Part shown: positions 12,663 through 26,944 of the stretch, one piece after another
Layout: every line of letters begins with the position of its first letter
Position numbering within the stretch: position 1 is the stretch's first letter
NCBI GenBank assembly: GCA_038087875.1
Contig: CM075977.1
Location: 123,442,001 to 123,506,000 of the forward strand
Length of the DNA: 64,000 nucleotides
Source: Malacoraja senta
Taxonomy: Eukaryota
Reading direction: 5' to 3'
Notes under the pieces: generated by a model
Database searches by the model: none
What the model was told of the DNA's origin: nothing
The model's input: the letters and a program-made list of their open reading frames with translations, nothing else
Translations under genes and position numbers: made by a program

Positions 12663-13036
12663 GGCTTGGGCAGCTTACAGCCCAGTGGTATGAATATTGA
12701 TTTCTCTATCTACAGGTAGCCCCGGCATTCCCTCTCTCCCTATCCCTCCTCCACCCAAGTCGCACCAGCTTCTCGTTTTCACCCAAACAGCTAACAAGGG
12801 CCTGTTTCCTTTATCATCGTTACTTTTTTGCATGTCTTTCATTCATTGTTCTTTATCTCTCTACATCATCGTCTATATCTCTTGTTTCCCTTATCCCTAA
12901 CCAGTCTGAAGAAGGGTCTCGACCAGAAATGTCACCCATTCCATCTCTCCAGAGATGCCACCTGTCCCTCTGAGTTACTCCAGCTTTTTATGTCCATCTT
13001 CGGTTTAAACTGGCATCTGCAGTTCCTTCCCACACA
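12663..13036 (+). mobile_element. Penelope-like 3' fragment with hammerhead-like core
   Basis: Begins with the ORF end (LGSLQPSGMNIDFS); core at 12906-12933; ends gcatctgcagttccttc. Confidence 0.85.
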
Positions 13037-13344
13037 TTAAACACTTTCGACCCTCTTTCTAGATTCCCCAGCCAGTGAAAACACAATCGGGGCATTATTT
13101 GAATCTGGCTCTTCAACCCACCAAGTCTGCGTTGACTTGTACTAATGACTTTTTTTTTGCAGTCTTCTTTCTTTTTGAAATGTATAATTTATCCGTAAGA
13201 TATGTGTTTGAGTTTATGTGCCTGTGATTCTGCTGCAGGCAAGATTTTCATTGTACAGCACCATACTTGTGCATAAGGAAATAAACTTGACTTGACCATC
13301 AACTATGCATTTTATACCAACCTTACTTTATTCTGTCAACTTCC

Positions 13345-13568
13345 CCTAGATTCTACCTTTCACTTACACACTAAGGACAACAGACAATGGCCAATTAGCC
13401 TCCCACCCTGCACGCCTTTGGGTTGAAAAAGGAAACTGGAGTGCCCAAGGGAAACCCATGTGATCAGAGGGGGGAACATGCAAACATCACACTGAAAGCA
13501 CTGGCGATCAGGACTGAACACATGTCATAGGAGCTGTGACACAGCAGCTCCACTAGCTGCACCACTGA
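13345..13568 (-). mobile_element. Degenerate tRNA-derived V-SINE
   Basis: Reverse complement resembles the 5731 SINE (ggaaactggagtgccc..gaaacccatgtgatcagagg..aacatgcaaac). Confidence 0.7.
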
Positions 13569-14639
13569 ATCACCTGTGTTCATTTCAATTTAATTGATGC
13601 TCCACTCTCCAACACATTGACTTCGTTGAAGAACTTGCCTCCTATCTAAAATGTCCTGAATGACTCATTACATTGTTTTACACATCCATGCTCTTCATAT
13701 TACAGTTTTCAATATGTTTCACTCTTCCTCCAGACCAGTGAAGGTGTTGGTGTTATAAACCATAATATCCTGCACTCCACCATCTACTTTCCAAAGTCTC
13801 CACATTGTTGTGTCATTCCTCACCCCTTCAAATCCTATTACCACGGCGAACCATTCCAACATCCAGATCACGAGAAAATTCCCATTTTAAATACGCATGT
13901 TAGGAGCCTGTAGTACCTAAATAGCAGTGTTGCAAAATTATTATGAGCATTTATGAGATTCTGGTATATTTGTATTAATATACTTATTTCACAAAGATGT
14001 GACTTTAAAATAAATTGTTGGTTTATCTTCAAAAATCAATAATCAAATGTAAATGACAACAGTAACATAATTTCATCATCTTAATGAGTGATTTGTGAAC
14101 ATTATTCAATTTAAAGTTGAGTTTGTAAACTATAATGTCCCTTACTATTTATTCCCTTGATAAGGGCTAAACATTTATGATAAAAGTTTTTTAGATCAAC
14201 AAAAAGATTATATAAATAAATCAAATCCAAGCTGAATGGTATTTCAGAATGACTATTTGCAACTTTTCCAGAGTGCATTCCGTTTATTCATTTAAGTTGT
14301 AAACTCTGATATATGAAGTTAGATATTTATTATGTTTAGTTTTGAAATTGAATACTTTTGGTTCGATCCAATTGATTTTATTAATGAAATATTGCTTCTT
14401 ATATTGTCAATTTATCTTTTGTGAAAAATAATAAATTAAATTTCAGCCCGAAGATGGAAGCAAACATTTTTCAAATTACACTTTAATATTTGGATGCATC
14501 TAGAGATTGCAAAAGCATACTTCCCATCATCTAGAGCCAAATTCTATCAGACAATATTTGTGTTCAACACCTAGGGTTTAAATAGTTGTTGTAGTGCATT
14601 TTACAGCAGAATTATCAAACAAGGTTTGGCACAGAGCCA

Positions 14640-15400
14640 CATAGTAAAGACAAATCTAGAAAGTTTGCCAATTAAATACGTTTAAAGGAGCAAGGAGTTC
14701 TCTATATTTGGAGTTAGGTTATGAGGAGTTTTAAGGAAGAAATGAGAGGTTAATGAGGCTGGGTGGAAACCACAGTCTAGGATCTTAACACTGGAAAGCA
14801 CAGTGCAATGAGAGAGCAATTAAAATCATTAATGACCAAAGAACAAAAGCTCATAAAATTGTATGGTCAGAAGTGAGATGGCCAAAATATTTAAACTGAA
14901 TCATGACATAACCAAAACCAAACATGGTTTGGAGGTACAGATGTGATGAGTGAATTGAATTGGATGTTATTTGGAGCATGGGTAGCAGAATTATAGACAG
15001 GGATAGAACGTGGGAGCCTATCTGAGAGATCATTGAAATAAGCAGCACAAAGGGAAGCAAGGCATGGAAGGGTAATTAAATAGCAGAAAAGATGAGGCAG
15101 GATCAAAATCAGGCAATGATCTGAAGATGGAAATCAATGGACTTATTGATGGCACAGATAAGTCCTCTGTGGCATATTCAATTGGAAGATGTGATACCAA
15201 GGTTAAGAATGGTCTGTTTCGGTTCCGATATTGAACTGAAGGAGAGATGAAGTCAGTGTTTTTGACAAGGACTGAAAATAATAAATTTGGTCTTCCCAAT
15301 ATTTGGTTCAAGTAAATGTTTGATCATCAATACTGGATGTTAGACAGGCACTCTTAGATAATTTGATGATGAGTGAGAGATAGTGGCAAAGGTAGTTCTA
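14640..15400 (-). mobile_element. Old, highly decayed L2-like LINE remnant
   Basis: Purine-rich degenerate sequence resembling antisense L2 ORF2; no intact ORF. Assigned by resemblance only. Confidence 0.4.
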
Positions 15401-15864
15401 AATGATCAGTAGAGTTGAGGGAATCAATGACATAATGAGGCGCTGTGAGGATCCTGCTTCCTGAAGCTCAGTGCTTCTCTAGCTCTCCGTCCCAAAGAAT
15501 TTCCTGAAGCCCCATCTTTTTGACCAAGTGTTTTACCTTAATATCAACTTATGTTACCCAGTTCCTTTTTGTTTAATATAACTGATAGCAGTTTATATTA
15601 TTTCTGCTGCACTAACATCACTGTAAATGGGAACGGTGATAAGACCCAAATTGCCATGCTTTTCACAAGTCAAGAGATTGAAAAAATAAGTCAGGTGGGG
15701 ATTCTTCATTTTGAAGGTAGGTACTGTCACTCCCAAGGCAGATTTTTGCACAGGCCACAGTCAATGCAATCATCTGCAAATTCATGGAAAGCCACTGCTC
15801 ACCATCAAACAGGTATTCTGAAGGAAATTAGAGCATAATAGTTGATCCACTGGCAGGATCTGGT

Positions 15865-16125
15865 TCAGTAAGCTGGAGGTAATGGTTCTTAGATTCCTGC
15901 ACCTTCTTCTCAATGGTAACAGTGAGATGAGAATGTATCCAAAGTGGTGTGGTTCTTTGATGGTAAAAGCTGCCTTCTTGAGATCCCTTCGCTGGTTGGG
16001 AAGTCAATACCAGTTTATACAGCCTCCTTTGTTCTTGAGAATTTGAATTCCTGAATCAAGTTGAGATGAAACAAGTCAAATTGCTCTCCACCGTTTACTT
16101 GTAGAAGTTTAATGGAGTATTCATA
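15865..16125 (-). mobile_element. Decayed Rex1/Babar LINE fragment
   Basis: Similar to the segment 34570-34780 of the better-preserved Rex1 copy. Confidence 0.55.
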
Positions 16126-16273
16126 ATTATTTTGTGAACAAATCAATAGAATTCAGTTTCTGAACTTAATGTAAGAAGTGGAATAAAAAATCTTGGCCTT
16201 TTTATGCCTACCGGTTTCCACCTTGTCACAATTTCAAGTTTTTCTTTTAACTGCCCCTGATATCACATTTACA

Positions 16274-16720
16274 AGTTATAGGAGTAGAATTAGGCCATTC
16301 GGCCCATCGAGTCTACTCCGCCATTCAATCATGGCTGATCGCTGCCTCCTAATCCCATTTTCCTGCCTTCTCCCCATAACCCTTGACACCCGTTCTAATC
16401 AAGAATTTGTCCATCTCTGCCATAAAAATATCCACTGACTTGGCCTCCACAGCCCTCTGTGGCAATGAGTTCCACAGATTAACTACCCTCTGACTGAAGA
16501 AGGTCCACCACACCTTCTTTCTAAAAGAGCGCCCTTTAATTCTGAGGCCATGACCTCTGGTCCTACACTCCCCCATTAGTGGAAACATCCTTTTCCACAT
16601 CCACTCTATCTATGCCTTTCATTATTCTGTAAGTTTCAATGAGGTCCCCCCTCAAGCTTCTAAACTCTAACGAGTAGAGGCCCAGTGCTTTCAAATGCTA
16701 ATCATATGGTAACCCAATCT
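16274..16720 (-). mobile_element. CR1 (HER1-like) LINE 3' fragment
   Basis: ORF 16349..16600 contains TRGHGLRIKG...FFSQRVVNLWNSLP, plus 3'UTR. Confidence 0.92.
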
Positions 16721-18462
16721 TTCTGCTAACCCATGGACTTCTGGTAGCTCAAATAGTCTAGAGGTCTTTACTACCATCTCCAAATGTCCCTAATGATCCT
16801 GGTTGCCTGGTTGCCATTGAACTACCTTTAATTGGGAAAACAAAATTGTAAGTATTGAAATACATTTTAAATTACAAATACTGGGGAAAAAATCAAAAGG
16901 TGAAACCTTCACTTGCCTTCTAATGGCCAATGGGCCTATTTAAACAAATGGGCTTATGTTGGATACACACTGTGTAATCAATTCCTATGCCTCAGAATAA
17001 TCAGGAATAGCTTTGAACATAGTGGTGGCATTGACATCTGTCGTCCAGCTCATTCAGTCCTTCACAGTGTGCAGCTGACTCATAGAGGACAGAGCTCTTT
17101 CATACAATGCCAGCCAAAGGCATGTATGATATGGCCTGCAGATATAGCTGCACATAGTTCATCAGTCACACAATAATGATTTGTGGAACCTGCTTTAGTA
17201 TCAGAGCTCCCTCCCTTGTTCCTCTTCTTGAGGTCAACTGAGCATGACTAGATCCTTCATAATTCCCTCAGAAAATATTAGCCTACTACTCCAAAGAGTC
17301 TGAGCTTCTGAAAAAGTAGCATATATGAGTAGAAGGGTCCAGTGTGAAACTGCTCAGAAAGTTAAAAAATAAAACTGTCTAGTTTTCTTCCCCATTTATA
17401 AAAATTATCAGGAGACTTTATTCAACAGAAATACAAATTCCATACAAGGGTGATTGGTTTAATGTATTCGTTTCTGTGGATTAAATGGCCAGAGACATTC
17501 ACCACAATCTATTTCTAGAGCAATTTTAGGATTGTTTATGTACATAATATTTCTTGCATGCAACTATATAAATATTGTTGGACACCACAAGAGAACCATT
17601 GTATTTTGTCACATCCCCATTATGTTTATTGGATTAAGTCCTGCTCCACGATCCTAAACTAAACTAATCTAAGTTAGGAGTCACAAATCAATTAACCTCG
17701 TGCTGGGATGACATTTCTCAATGACCTCATACTGCCCCTGGCTCACAACAGGAAGCATTGGCTACTGTGGACTGAACTGTATATTGGTAATTAGTTTCTA
17801 TCATGCCACAAAACCAACAAAACCTCAACAAGCATTAAATGGGGACACCATTAAATAATACAGTTGCAATATACTAAAAATGTCAGTAGCTTCTTGCATC
17901 TCCCTCTAGTTGTAAGAGGTCAGATGCAAGCTAATTTTGCTGCAAAAGCATACAAGAGCTTGTAAGGAGAGCAATTAGAGCACACCGTTGACCTTGTGCT
18001 TCCAGGATATATGAATGGTGTTTTCTCTCAAGCACAGTTGCTGACCTGACTAGAAAAAATCTGACCTACTGTGCCGATGGCATGTGCAGTGGAGCGGGAA
18101 GGGGGCGCAGAAATCAGGAAAGAAGGATTTAGATGTGGGTGTAATTAACAAGTGCTGATTAGTGCAGACATGTACCGCAAAAAGAATGGTTTCTTCAAAA
18201 AGTGGCACGGGTAAGGGAGCAACCTCTCATACTGCAATGTAGGTGGGAAACATTCCCTTCTTTACAAAAGGCATATATGGCTTGAGTACAGGCAATACGA
18301 GTCATCTATCCAGCATGACTCCAGATATGATGGATTTTGCCCAAGTCCAGGGGTTTCTGCTGGGGAAGATTCAATCATCTAAGTTGCTGCAGACATTTCT
18401 GCCAGAGTATCCAAGAAGTTTAAGGAAAGGAACGTTTGCAGCATCAGCTTGCTCAAGTTAAT

Positions 18463-19362
18463 TAAAGGTAACATCTCCAAGTTTGCAGATGACACAAAGC
18501 TTGGTGGCAGTGTGAGCTGCGAGGAGGATGCTATGAGGCTGCAAGGTGACTTTGATAGGTTGGGTGAATGGGCAGATGCAGTATAATGTGGATAAATGTG
18601 AGGTTATCCACTTTGGTGGCAAGAACAAGAAGGCAGATTATTATCAGAATGGTGTCACATTAGGAAAAGGGGAGGTGCAATGAGACCTGGGTGTCCTTGT
18701 ACATCAGTCACTGAAAGTAAGCATGCAGGTACGGCAGGCAGTGAAGAAAGCTAATGGCATGTTGGCTTTCATAGCGAGAGGATGTGAGTATCGGAGCAAG
18801 GAGGTCCTCCTGCAGTTGTACAGGGCCCTGATGAGCACACCTGGAGTATTGTGTGCAGTTTTGGTCTCCTAATTTTAGGAAGGACATTTTTGCTATTGAG
18901 GGAGTGCAGCATAGGTTCACCAGGTTAATTCCTGGGATGGCGGGACTGATATGATGAAAGAATGTGTCGATTGGGCTTATATTCACTGGAATTTAGAAGG
19001 ATGAGATGGGATCTTGTAGAAACATTTAAAATTCTTAAAGGATTGGACAGGCTAGATGCAGGAAAAATGTTCCCGTTGTTGGGAGAGTCCAGAACCAGGG
19101 ATCACAGTTTAAGAATAAGGGGTTGGCCATTTAGGACTGAGATGAGGAAAAACTTTTTCACCCAGAGAGTTGTGAATCTGTGGAATTCTCTGCCACGGAA
19201 GACAGTTGCGGCCAATTCACTAGATGTTTTCAAGAGAGAGTTAGACATAGCTCTTAGGGCTAACGGAATCAAGGGATATGGAGAAAAAGCAGGAACGGAG
19301 TACTGATTTTGGATGATCAGCTATGATCATATTGAATAGCAGTGCTGGCTCAAAGGGCCGAA
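18463..19362 (+). mobile_element. CR1 (HER1-like) LINE fragment, from RT motif FADD to 3'UTR
   Basis: aagtttgcagatgacacaaag encodes KFADDTK. ORF 18962..19306 contains FFTQRVVNLWNSLP. Frameshifted. Confidence 0.93.
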
Positions 19363-22300
19363 CCTATATATGTTCAATGCATCTTATGGAATCAATGCCT
19401 TAAACAAACTGAGTTACATATGATTCTTGTCACAAGGATAACATAGGACCTAAACAGCTGAGCAGTGAGCAGAGTGGAGAAAAGAGCAGCTAAAATGATG
19501 AAGGTGGCAATCATTTGTGATGCCCTGCAAAGAGAAAGTAAAAATAAAATTAAACGTTCATTTAAAAAGAGTAAATGAATATTTGTCCATAAATTGGATG
19601 GTATGAAATAAGGGCCATTTCCATTGAGGATTTACTCCTAAATTTCAGATTGCAACATTTGTGTAAATCAACACATCTCCTACTGGAGAGAATAATGAAC
19701 CAAGTCACAATCATTGTGCTAAAATGCAAGTAAACTGGCCCTGGAACACTTCATTAGGCAGATGTTAAATGACCAGGAAGAACCCAAGCATGCAAGCTGC
19801 AAATGGACCGCTTTGCTAAATATTCCATGCTCTCAATTCCCCACAGTGTGAAATGTGAACTAACCAACAAATGGCCAGTGTGTTCCTTTGCTTATGAGGG
19901 GAAGGAAGACACAGCTGTGCAATGGAATATAAATAATAAAATATTTGCCAGTTATTCACTATGCAGTTTTATGGTTGAAACTAGACGGGTAAAATACTGT
20001 TGGCATTTATGTTTGTGGGAAGTGTCAGTGAACACAAATCTTCCTAAATATCAAGGCATCCAACCAAGTGAAATTCATCATTAGAGAAACATGGAATTTT
20101 CAATGCTTGTAATGAATTAAGAGAACGAGTGGGCAAAATAAAATATATACTGACTAAAATAATTGCTTTAGAGCCTTTTACATCTATTCTTTTTTTTCCG
20201 TAACAAATAGCTCCAAGGGGTAGATCATCATCGACAAGAGTATTATTTTTTAAATCAGATATACTAATTCAATGCGTAATAGGAAATAAGCCATTTCCAC
20301 CTAATAATCCCCTTTGTTTATTAACATTCATCAAGTGTGTAAAGCATCTAAAGGCTTGGTTGCAGACGTATAGCACTTGAGAAGGCTTCCTGTGTTGCAT
20401 TGTACAGTGGCACCCATTTGATGTCCATGCCTCTTACATAAAGGTGAACAAATCAACTGCTTTTCAACTGGCTGAATGGGTAATTTTCTTTTCAAACCTG
20501 AAAGCCCAGACTGCCAAAATTAAGAAATATTGCCTCAATTTGATTTTATCCCACATGAGTTTTGTTGATTAACTAGCTTCTTTTGCTCGAATGAATTACA
20601 CCAGCTTCTGTCTTTGCCATCTAATTTTATCAGAGGCTCAACAAATCATCTTTATTGTGATGTCTCGCACTGAACTGGAACACTGAAGTAAAATTGGGTT
20701 TTTGTTAAATGAATTGCTTGAACTGTTAATCTTTATCTAAGCACTATAATAACTATTTTGTTTACTGTGGCAGTTAAAAATGAGTTTTGGGCATTGCATT
20801 TGGCAGCCAGCACGTGTTAATATATAAAAAATGGCAAAATTACTTGCCACAAATACAAACCCATTTATTTTGGATAATGTTGAAATAAATGGATATGGAA
20901 GGTCCAATCAAGGTGCAGGTTGCAGCTTTAAGGTCACTTTGGCTGCATGCAGGTTCACTGCAACCCACATCGACACTGAACTGCAACATTTATATGTCTT
21001 AGTAAAATGCATTGAATGGGCTGAGTAAGTCAGTTATCAATGGGCAAGCATTCAATAGGAAAATGGTATTTCAAAGCACTTCAACATTGAGTCAACGCAA
21101 ATGGCATTAACTTAAGTTGAGAATTTGCTTCTTCCGTTAAAATAAGTTTATTGGTAAAAGGCTACTTTTTTTCTCCTAAAAATGTTTACAACGAGTGTCT
21201 GAATCCTCACGGATCAATCTTCACAGTTCTCTACTTAACCTTCATAACTCTGCTGCTGTGCATTACAGAGAGTTTCTTTTACAGACAGCCTAGGGATAAA
21301 GCAGAAACAAAAGGTGTTCTGGGCAGCTTTATTCTCCCCACTTTCAGTTTGAGTTGAGGTGAGATTTAGCAGGACTAACTAGTACCTCTGAGAATTCAAG
21401 TGGAAGAATTTCTTCCACTTCAAACCAACACAATACTTCTTAAGACCTGCTATAATTTCCCAGGGCACATAGCTACAGCATACTTGCTGAAAAAAATGAC
21501 TAGCTCCCACATTTATTTTACAGAAAGATTAAATCTGTTATGATCTTTTTCTTTCTCTTCTGTCAAAAGACATGTACTTTCCTATAACCTACCATGGCTT
21601 GCCATCATCAAATGCACATTTAATTTTCGTAAAATAAAAAACTTTGCTTCAGTGATTCACATATTTCATTTCCTCCAGTGGCCATAACCTTTTGTTATAG
21701 GAATCTGAGTTATTAAATTAATATGAGAATTCCCATATAGCTTTCACTTCTATATAAAAAAAAACAAGACGACATCCACCCTTTTAAAAATCATAATGAA
21801 TCAAAAACTTTTATAATAAAGGTTTCCACAACTACCACATATTTGGTAGCTGAGTGTCTCTTTACCCACTCCCTTTAATGGTTCCCATGGCTCCCAGTCT
21901 GACTACTCACAGGAACCTTTCAAATATCTAGACATTCATACTTGATCTTCTCAGTGAAGGACAAGAATGTCATTGTCTGTTCTCTCAACACCCAAGCAAC
22001 ACGACTTTCAGGTTACCTGTGGGGTATCTGGCAGAACCGCGGTGCCAGGGACGAAATACAAACAACTGTACAAGTGACAAAGTTGTCTGACTCCACACGG
22101 AGCATAACCTTCTCTGGCATGCAAAGTTGCAAGCTCTCTAAACGGGTTGACTAGACTTCCTCTGTGATTCTAGTCAATCATTTGCCCCTTGGTGGCTATG
22201 GTAGCGTAGGAACATTCCACACTACCACAATATTATTCTATAGCCAGTTTCAGGATGGTTACAGGAGTCACCTCACTGTTGATTTAATTTTGGGGCAGCC

Positions 22301-23064
22301 TATTTGTTTGCAAAATTTGATGATGAGACGCAAAAAAATATTACAGGGATGTGTCAACTCTCTTAAATTGGACACTAGAATTTCTGCTGGGGACAGAGAG
22401 CAAATACACATGCTTAGTCTACTTTACAGTGAAAGGATTTAGTTATCTATTGGAAACGTCAATGGTTGAACCCAACAACTGCACTGGGTTTCTTTTAAAG
22501 CAGATGTAACTGAATTCAAATGCTCTTTCATTCTTAAAAGTTACTGCAAAAAAATGTTTGTCAAGACTCACTACTGTTGTGATCTCAGTTTCAGTGCAAT
22601 CATTCTTTGTGGACTGGAGTGGATGAAAAATTAATAGCTTGCAAGACTGATTTCAGAGCAAAATGCTGAAACTCAATGGGTCCGCAAGCACATGTAGAAG
22701 GAGAATGCAATGTATCCTTTCAGCTTCATACTTCTTTCTAACTCATTATTCAGTATTTGGCTTTTGTGTTCTTTTGAAATAGAATTTGTTGTGAAATAGA
22801 ATTGTACTGCTGCCTCAAGAACAATTTCTGGAGACAAGATCTTTTAAGTTCGCTAAACTGCAATTATTGATGAGTGTCCCATGAAATGTACTCCTGCGAT
22901 TTGACTAATTCCACATTGATGGGACTTCAATATTGACTTACAGGAACACTGAGATGCAATGATCCAACCCAAGTTTAGCAGGGAAATGCTGGCAATTTTG
23001 CACTTCAAACCTGTAGAGTCCAATGGCAGGGTGCAAAGCTGTGGCACCTCATAATATGACAGGG

Positions 23065-23310
23065 TTTAGGTTTACTATTGTGACGTCTACCAAGGTACAG
23101 TGAAAAGCTGTCCAATCAAATCAGATCACTATACATAAATGCAACCAAATCAAACTCAAGTACAATAGATAGAGCAAAGGGGAAGATACAAATTGCAGAC
23201 TATAGTGCAAAATATACTCTGAACACATAGTCATGGAGCAGAGGCCCTTCGGTCCAACTAGCCCATGCAGACCAATATACCCCAATTACAATAGTCCCAC
23301 CTGCCCATGC
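23065..23310 (-). mobile_element. LINE/SINE 3' tail fragments (tttcactgtacc...gtcacaatagtaaac type, then a CR1 tail)
   Basis: The same tail recurs at 33120-33195, 42826-42940 and 55640-55912. Confidence 0.6.
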
Positions 23311-23972
23311 TCATTTGAATATAGTAGAACCACTGTGAGAGATTAAAGTAAGTTTGGGTTAATCTGCTTTCTTAAAAATAATCAGCTTTTATTTATTTAA
23401 ACATTGATTGATTTCTCAATATTGAAGAGCTTTAATATTTGAATTCTATTTTAACGTTTTACTTTTTTAATAGTTTGAATATTTTTCACAGCTTTGAAAT
23501 CTTCTAAATTTCTCAATCACAGAAACGATCAGGGCAGCATTAATCTGTGGTCAGGTGGCATGCCAATAATTGTTTTTGATCCTGGACTTTATGCTTATAA
23601 ATTCATGAAGGTCCAAGGAGCCAGGAACTACTAAATGGGCCTTGTGTATTTTCATTTGTGGACTTCACTGCTGCAGAACGTGGGAAGTAAAATAGCAACA
23701 AATCTAGGAGCTGGACTGAGTTTGGGTTGAAGGAAAGGAGGTCAGATAGGAGGGCAGGAATCAGGCCATTGGATCAAGGCCCAGGAGAGTAACCACATTG
23801 TTGGGTTGGGGCCTGAGAGAGGTCAGCCAGAAATCATAAGTTTTGATGGGGAGGATGGAGGTCAGCGTAGTGGTGTACAGTGAGGTACACTGAAATTAAG
23901 TAATTAAAGTGAGGGGAACCTTTCCAAGTCATGATGCCAGTATTGACTGGGATCAGTTCAGAGAGATCCCCT

Positions 23973-24296
23973 GTTTAGAGATACAGCGTGGATACAGGTC
24001 CTTTCAGCCCATCGGGTCCGTGCCGACCAGTGATCCCCACACATTAACACTATCCCATACCCACTAGGGACAATTTTTACATTTACCAAGCCAATTAACT
24101 TACATGCCAATTAACCTACATACCTGTACATCTTTGGAGTGTGGGAGGAAACCGAAAATCTCGGAAAAAACCCACGCAGGTCACGGGGAGAACGTACAAA
24201 CTCCGTACGGACAGCACCCGTAGTCAGGATCGAACCCGAGTCTCCGGCGCTGCATTCGCTGTAAATGCTGCAACTCTACCGCTGCGCCACCATGCC
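23973..24296 (-). mobile_element. tRNA-derived SINE (HE1/V-SINE-like)
   Basis: Reverse complement has GGCGCAGCGGTAGAG (A box), GGTTCGATCC (B box), V-domain and CR1 tail. Confidence 0.9.
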
Positions 24297-24398
24297 GGTC
24301 GGTGTTGCAGAGATTTTAGTATCATTGTTATCTCCAATATTTCAGAGACAATTGTGCTATTAAAACCTTTCCAATGTAAAATATTTCAGATGCTTTGG

Positions 24399-24770
24399 AG
24401 GGGGAGGGACGCAAAAATTATGAGAGGCATAGATAGGGTGGACAGTCAGGACCTTTTTCCCAGGGTGCAAATGTCATGATTAGAGCTGTAGATTTATGCT
24501 GAGAGGGAAAACGTTTAAATGAGATTTGCAGGGCAAGTTTTTTTTCAAACACTGAGAATGGTAGATGCCTGGAAGACGCTGCCAGGGATGGTGGTGGAAG
24601 CAGATACAATGGTGGCATGTAAGAGGCTTTTAGACAGGCACATGTATATGCACGGAATGGAGATAAATGGATCACACACAGGCTGTGGAGATGAGTTAAA
24701 ATAGGCATTATGTTTCGCACATTGTGGGCTGCAGGGCCTGTTTCTGTGCTGTCCAATTCTACATTCTATC
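24399..24770 (+). mobile_element. CR1 (HER1-like) LINE 3' fragment
   Basis: KIMRGIDRVDSQDLFP and WKTLPGMVVEADT motifs, plus tail. Confidence 0.85.
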
Positions 24771-25960
24771 TGAAACAAAATTTAACGTTGCTGAAAAGAC
24801 TCAGGAGGTTTGGCAGCATCTGTGAAACTGGATCGATGATCTTCTGATGAAAAGTTTTCAACCCGAGATGATAATTTTAGAAAAAACAGTTACCTCAGCA
24901 ATCCTCCGAAGAAGCATTACACTAAAAATGAGGCAGGCAATTGATGTGAAAAATTATCCACGTGAAAATGTGTCCAATAATTCTTAGTCTAATTTCTGGA
25001 GTGGAGTAAGTCAGCTTGGGAAAATGCTATGATCATGTTCCACTCCAGAGGAAAACTCCTCCCATATGCTGAAAAATACTGCTGCTCCTCAAATTCCATT
25101 GATAAAACATTTTGATTGAATACTAAACAAGTAACTTGATCGAGACCTCCCCTGGAAACAATTCTGCATTGCGTACAAGCCCCAGAGCAGTGTGTATTAT
25201 AGTCCACTTCCTGCATCACAGTTGGAGCAGTGATTTGGAAAGGCCCAGGGATGGGTGCGGGGGAGCCCATGGGTGTAGGAAGGATTGGGACAGGTTGGTA
25301 GCAGAGTGCAAAGGTGACATGAAGACTTCGAAATAAGATGAGATTTTGGGGAGAGTTCATTGGGAAAGGGTTATCAGGCAACAAATTAATTGTATTGGGG
25401 TCATGGATCTGACATGATTAATTTAGAAAAATGGGATTGTGGGGGGGCTAAGTGACATAATGGCCTAAACAACACCAAGTGACAGGCTTCATTGTGGATG
25501 AGGATAGGCTGGGTGATAAAATCAGACCAACCAAAGTCCCTCTGGAGGATCAGTTCACTGGCAGCAGCAGACCAGATAAGGCAGGAGCAGCTTCAATTCC
25601 TGCTGTGTGAGTGGCCCATACCATTAATAAACTGAGAAGGTGCACAAGTAAATGTCAAATGTGGATTGACAGCATTGTCCATGGCCTCTGTGCTTACACG
25701 TGTGCTGTACACACAGGGGACTTGGAACAAATGTTAAATTGTGCAACATAATAACACAAGCAGGTTTGAGATTAAATTCCTGTGCAAACACACAAAAAAT
25801 GTTGCGGAACAAGAATTTCCAAGCCTACATCATGGGAAATTAAAACTGTGAATTAAGTTAGTTGACAAATAACACTCATCTTGCAAGAATTAGCACAGTG
25901 TGGTATAAAACATCACTCTCAATTTGTTGGGGAATCAAACGGAAACATGATAATACTCAC

Positions 25961-26253
25961 AGATGTAGTAATATTCTCGGCCAGGTCTGAATTCAAATCC
26001 TAATGAAAATGGAGTAAACAGCTGGAACTTTTCAGAGAATTTTAAGGGGCCATTGGCTGCATGAGGCCTGTTACACTCCCATCTCTTGAACCCTTTGGAG
26101 GTGTGATCGCACGAGTTGTAGCCATCGTAATTCACCATGTAGAGAACGTAGCGCTCCGTCATGTCGTCTGGCATGGACTCGTCGTAATGGGGGCAGAAAA
26201 CATCTAAGTAATCATTGATGCAAACTTCAATGTGGAAATCTCCTTTCATGAAC
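25961..26253 (-). CDS. efna5: Ephrin-A5 coding exon 2 (293 bp), most of the ephrin receptor-binding domain
   Basis: Translates as (R)[97 protein letters not shown](S). [16 protein letters not shown] is characteristic of ephrin-A5 rather than ephrin-A2. Acceptor ttctttttgcag|G and donor T|gtgagt on the minus strand. Confidence 0.97.
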
Positions 26254-26337
26254 CTGCAAAAAGAACAGTACCTGTTATATAATCACTGTCAACAATTATT
26301 GAGAGAATATCCCGTTTTAAGAATAAATAACTTAGAT

Positions 26338-26530
26338 TAAAACATTGAACAGTAAAGTACAGGGACGGGTCCTTAGGCTCACATTGCATGTGCCGAACAT
26401 GATACCGTTAAACTAATCTCCTCTGCCTGCACATGATCCATATTTCTCCATTCCCTGCATATACATGTGACTTCCAAAAGCCTCTTAAATGCCGCCATCG
26501 TATCTGCCTCTACCGCCACCCCTGGCACTG
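26338..26530 (-). mobile_element. CR1 3' tail fragment about 85 nt upstream of the exon 2 acceptor
   Basis: cctctgcctgcacatgatccatat...aaaagcctcttaaatgccgccatcgtatctgcctctacc. Confidence 0.8.
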
Positions 26531-26944
26531 CAGTTTGCAATAATAAAATCTACTTAAATGTACATGTACTTGAACCCACATTACCGTTCACTCCAGACTG
26601 TACCTCTTTTAGAGATTACTTTTGTCCATATGGATACACCCAGCAATTGTTAAAAACCATAAAAATGGAAGTATCATCAAGGCCTTTATATTTCTCCTCT
26701 CTTCAAATCCTGGATGACTACACTATGCATTGAGTTCTCTTACAGCCACATCAAGGCAGTCTGGTGCACTCAGGTCTAACTAACCACCACACTTCCACCT
26801 ATCTACTGATGAAAGATGACACTGTTTAAACCTTTCCTTTGAACTTGTCGATGGCCCCAAGCTCCCCCTCCCCCTCCCCCTCCACCGTGTGAAGATCTTT
26901 TAACTTACTATGAAAACATATACAGCACTAAAGAGTCACAATAA

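Noticed and set aside
25935-26249. Track ORF as a complete 104-aa protein
   Set aside because: It is exon 2 of efna5: the ATG is internal and the tail (CEYYHVSV) is read-through past the gtgagt donor.
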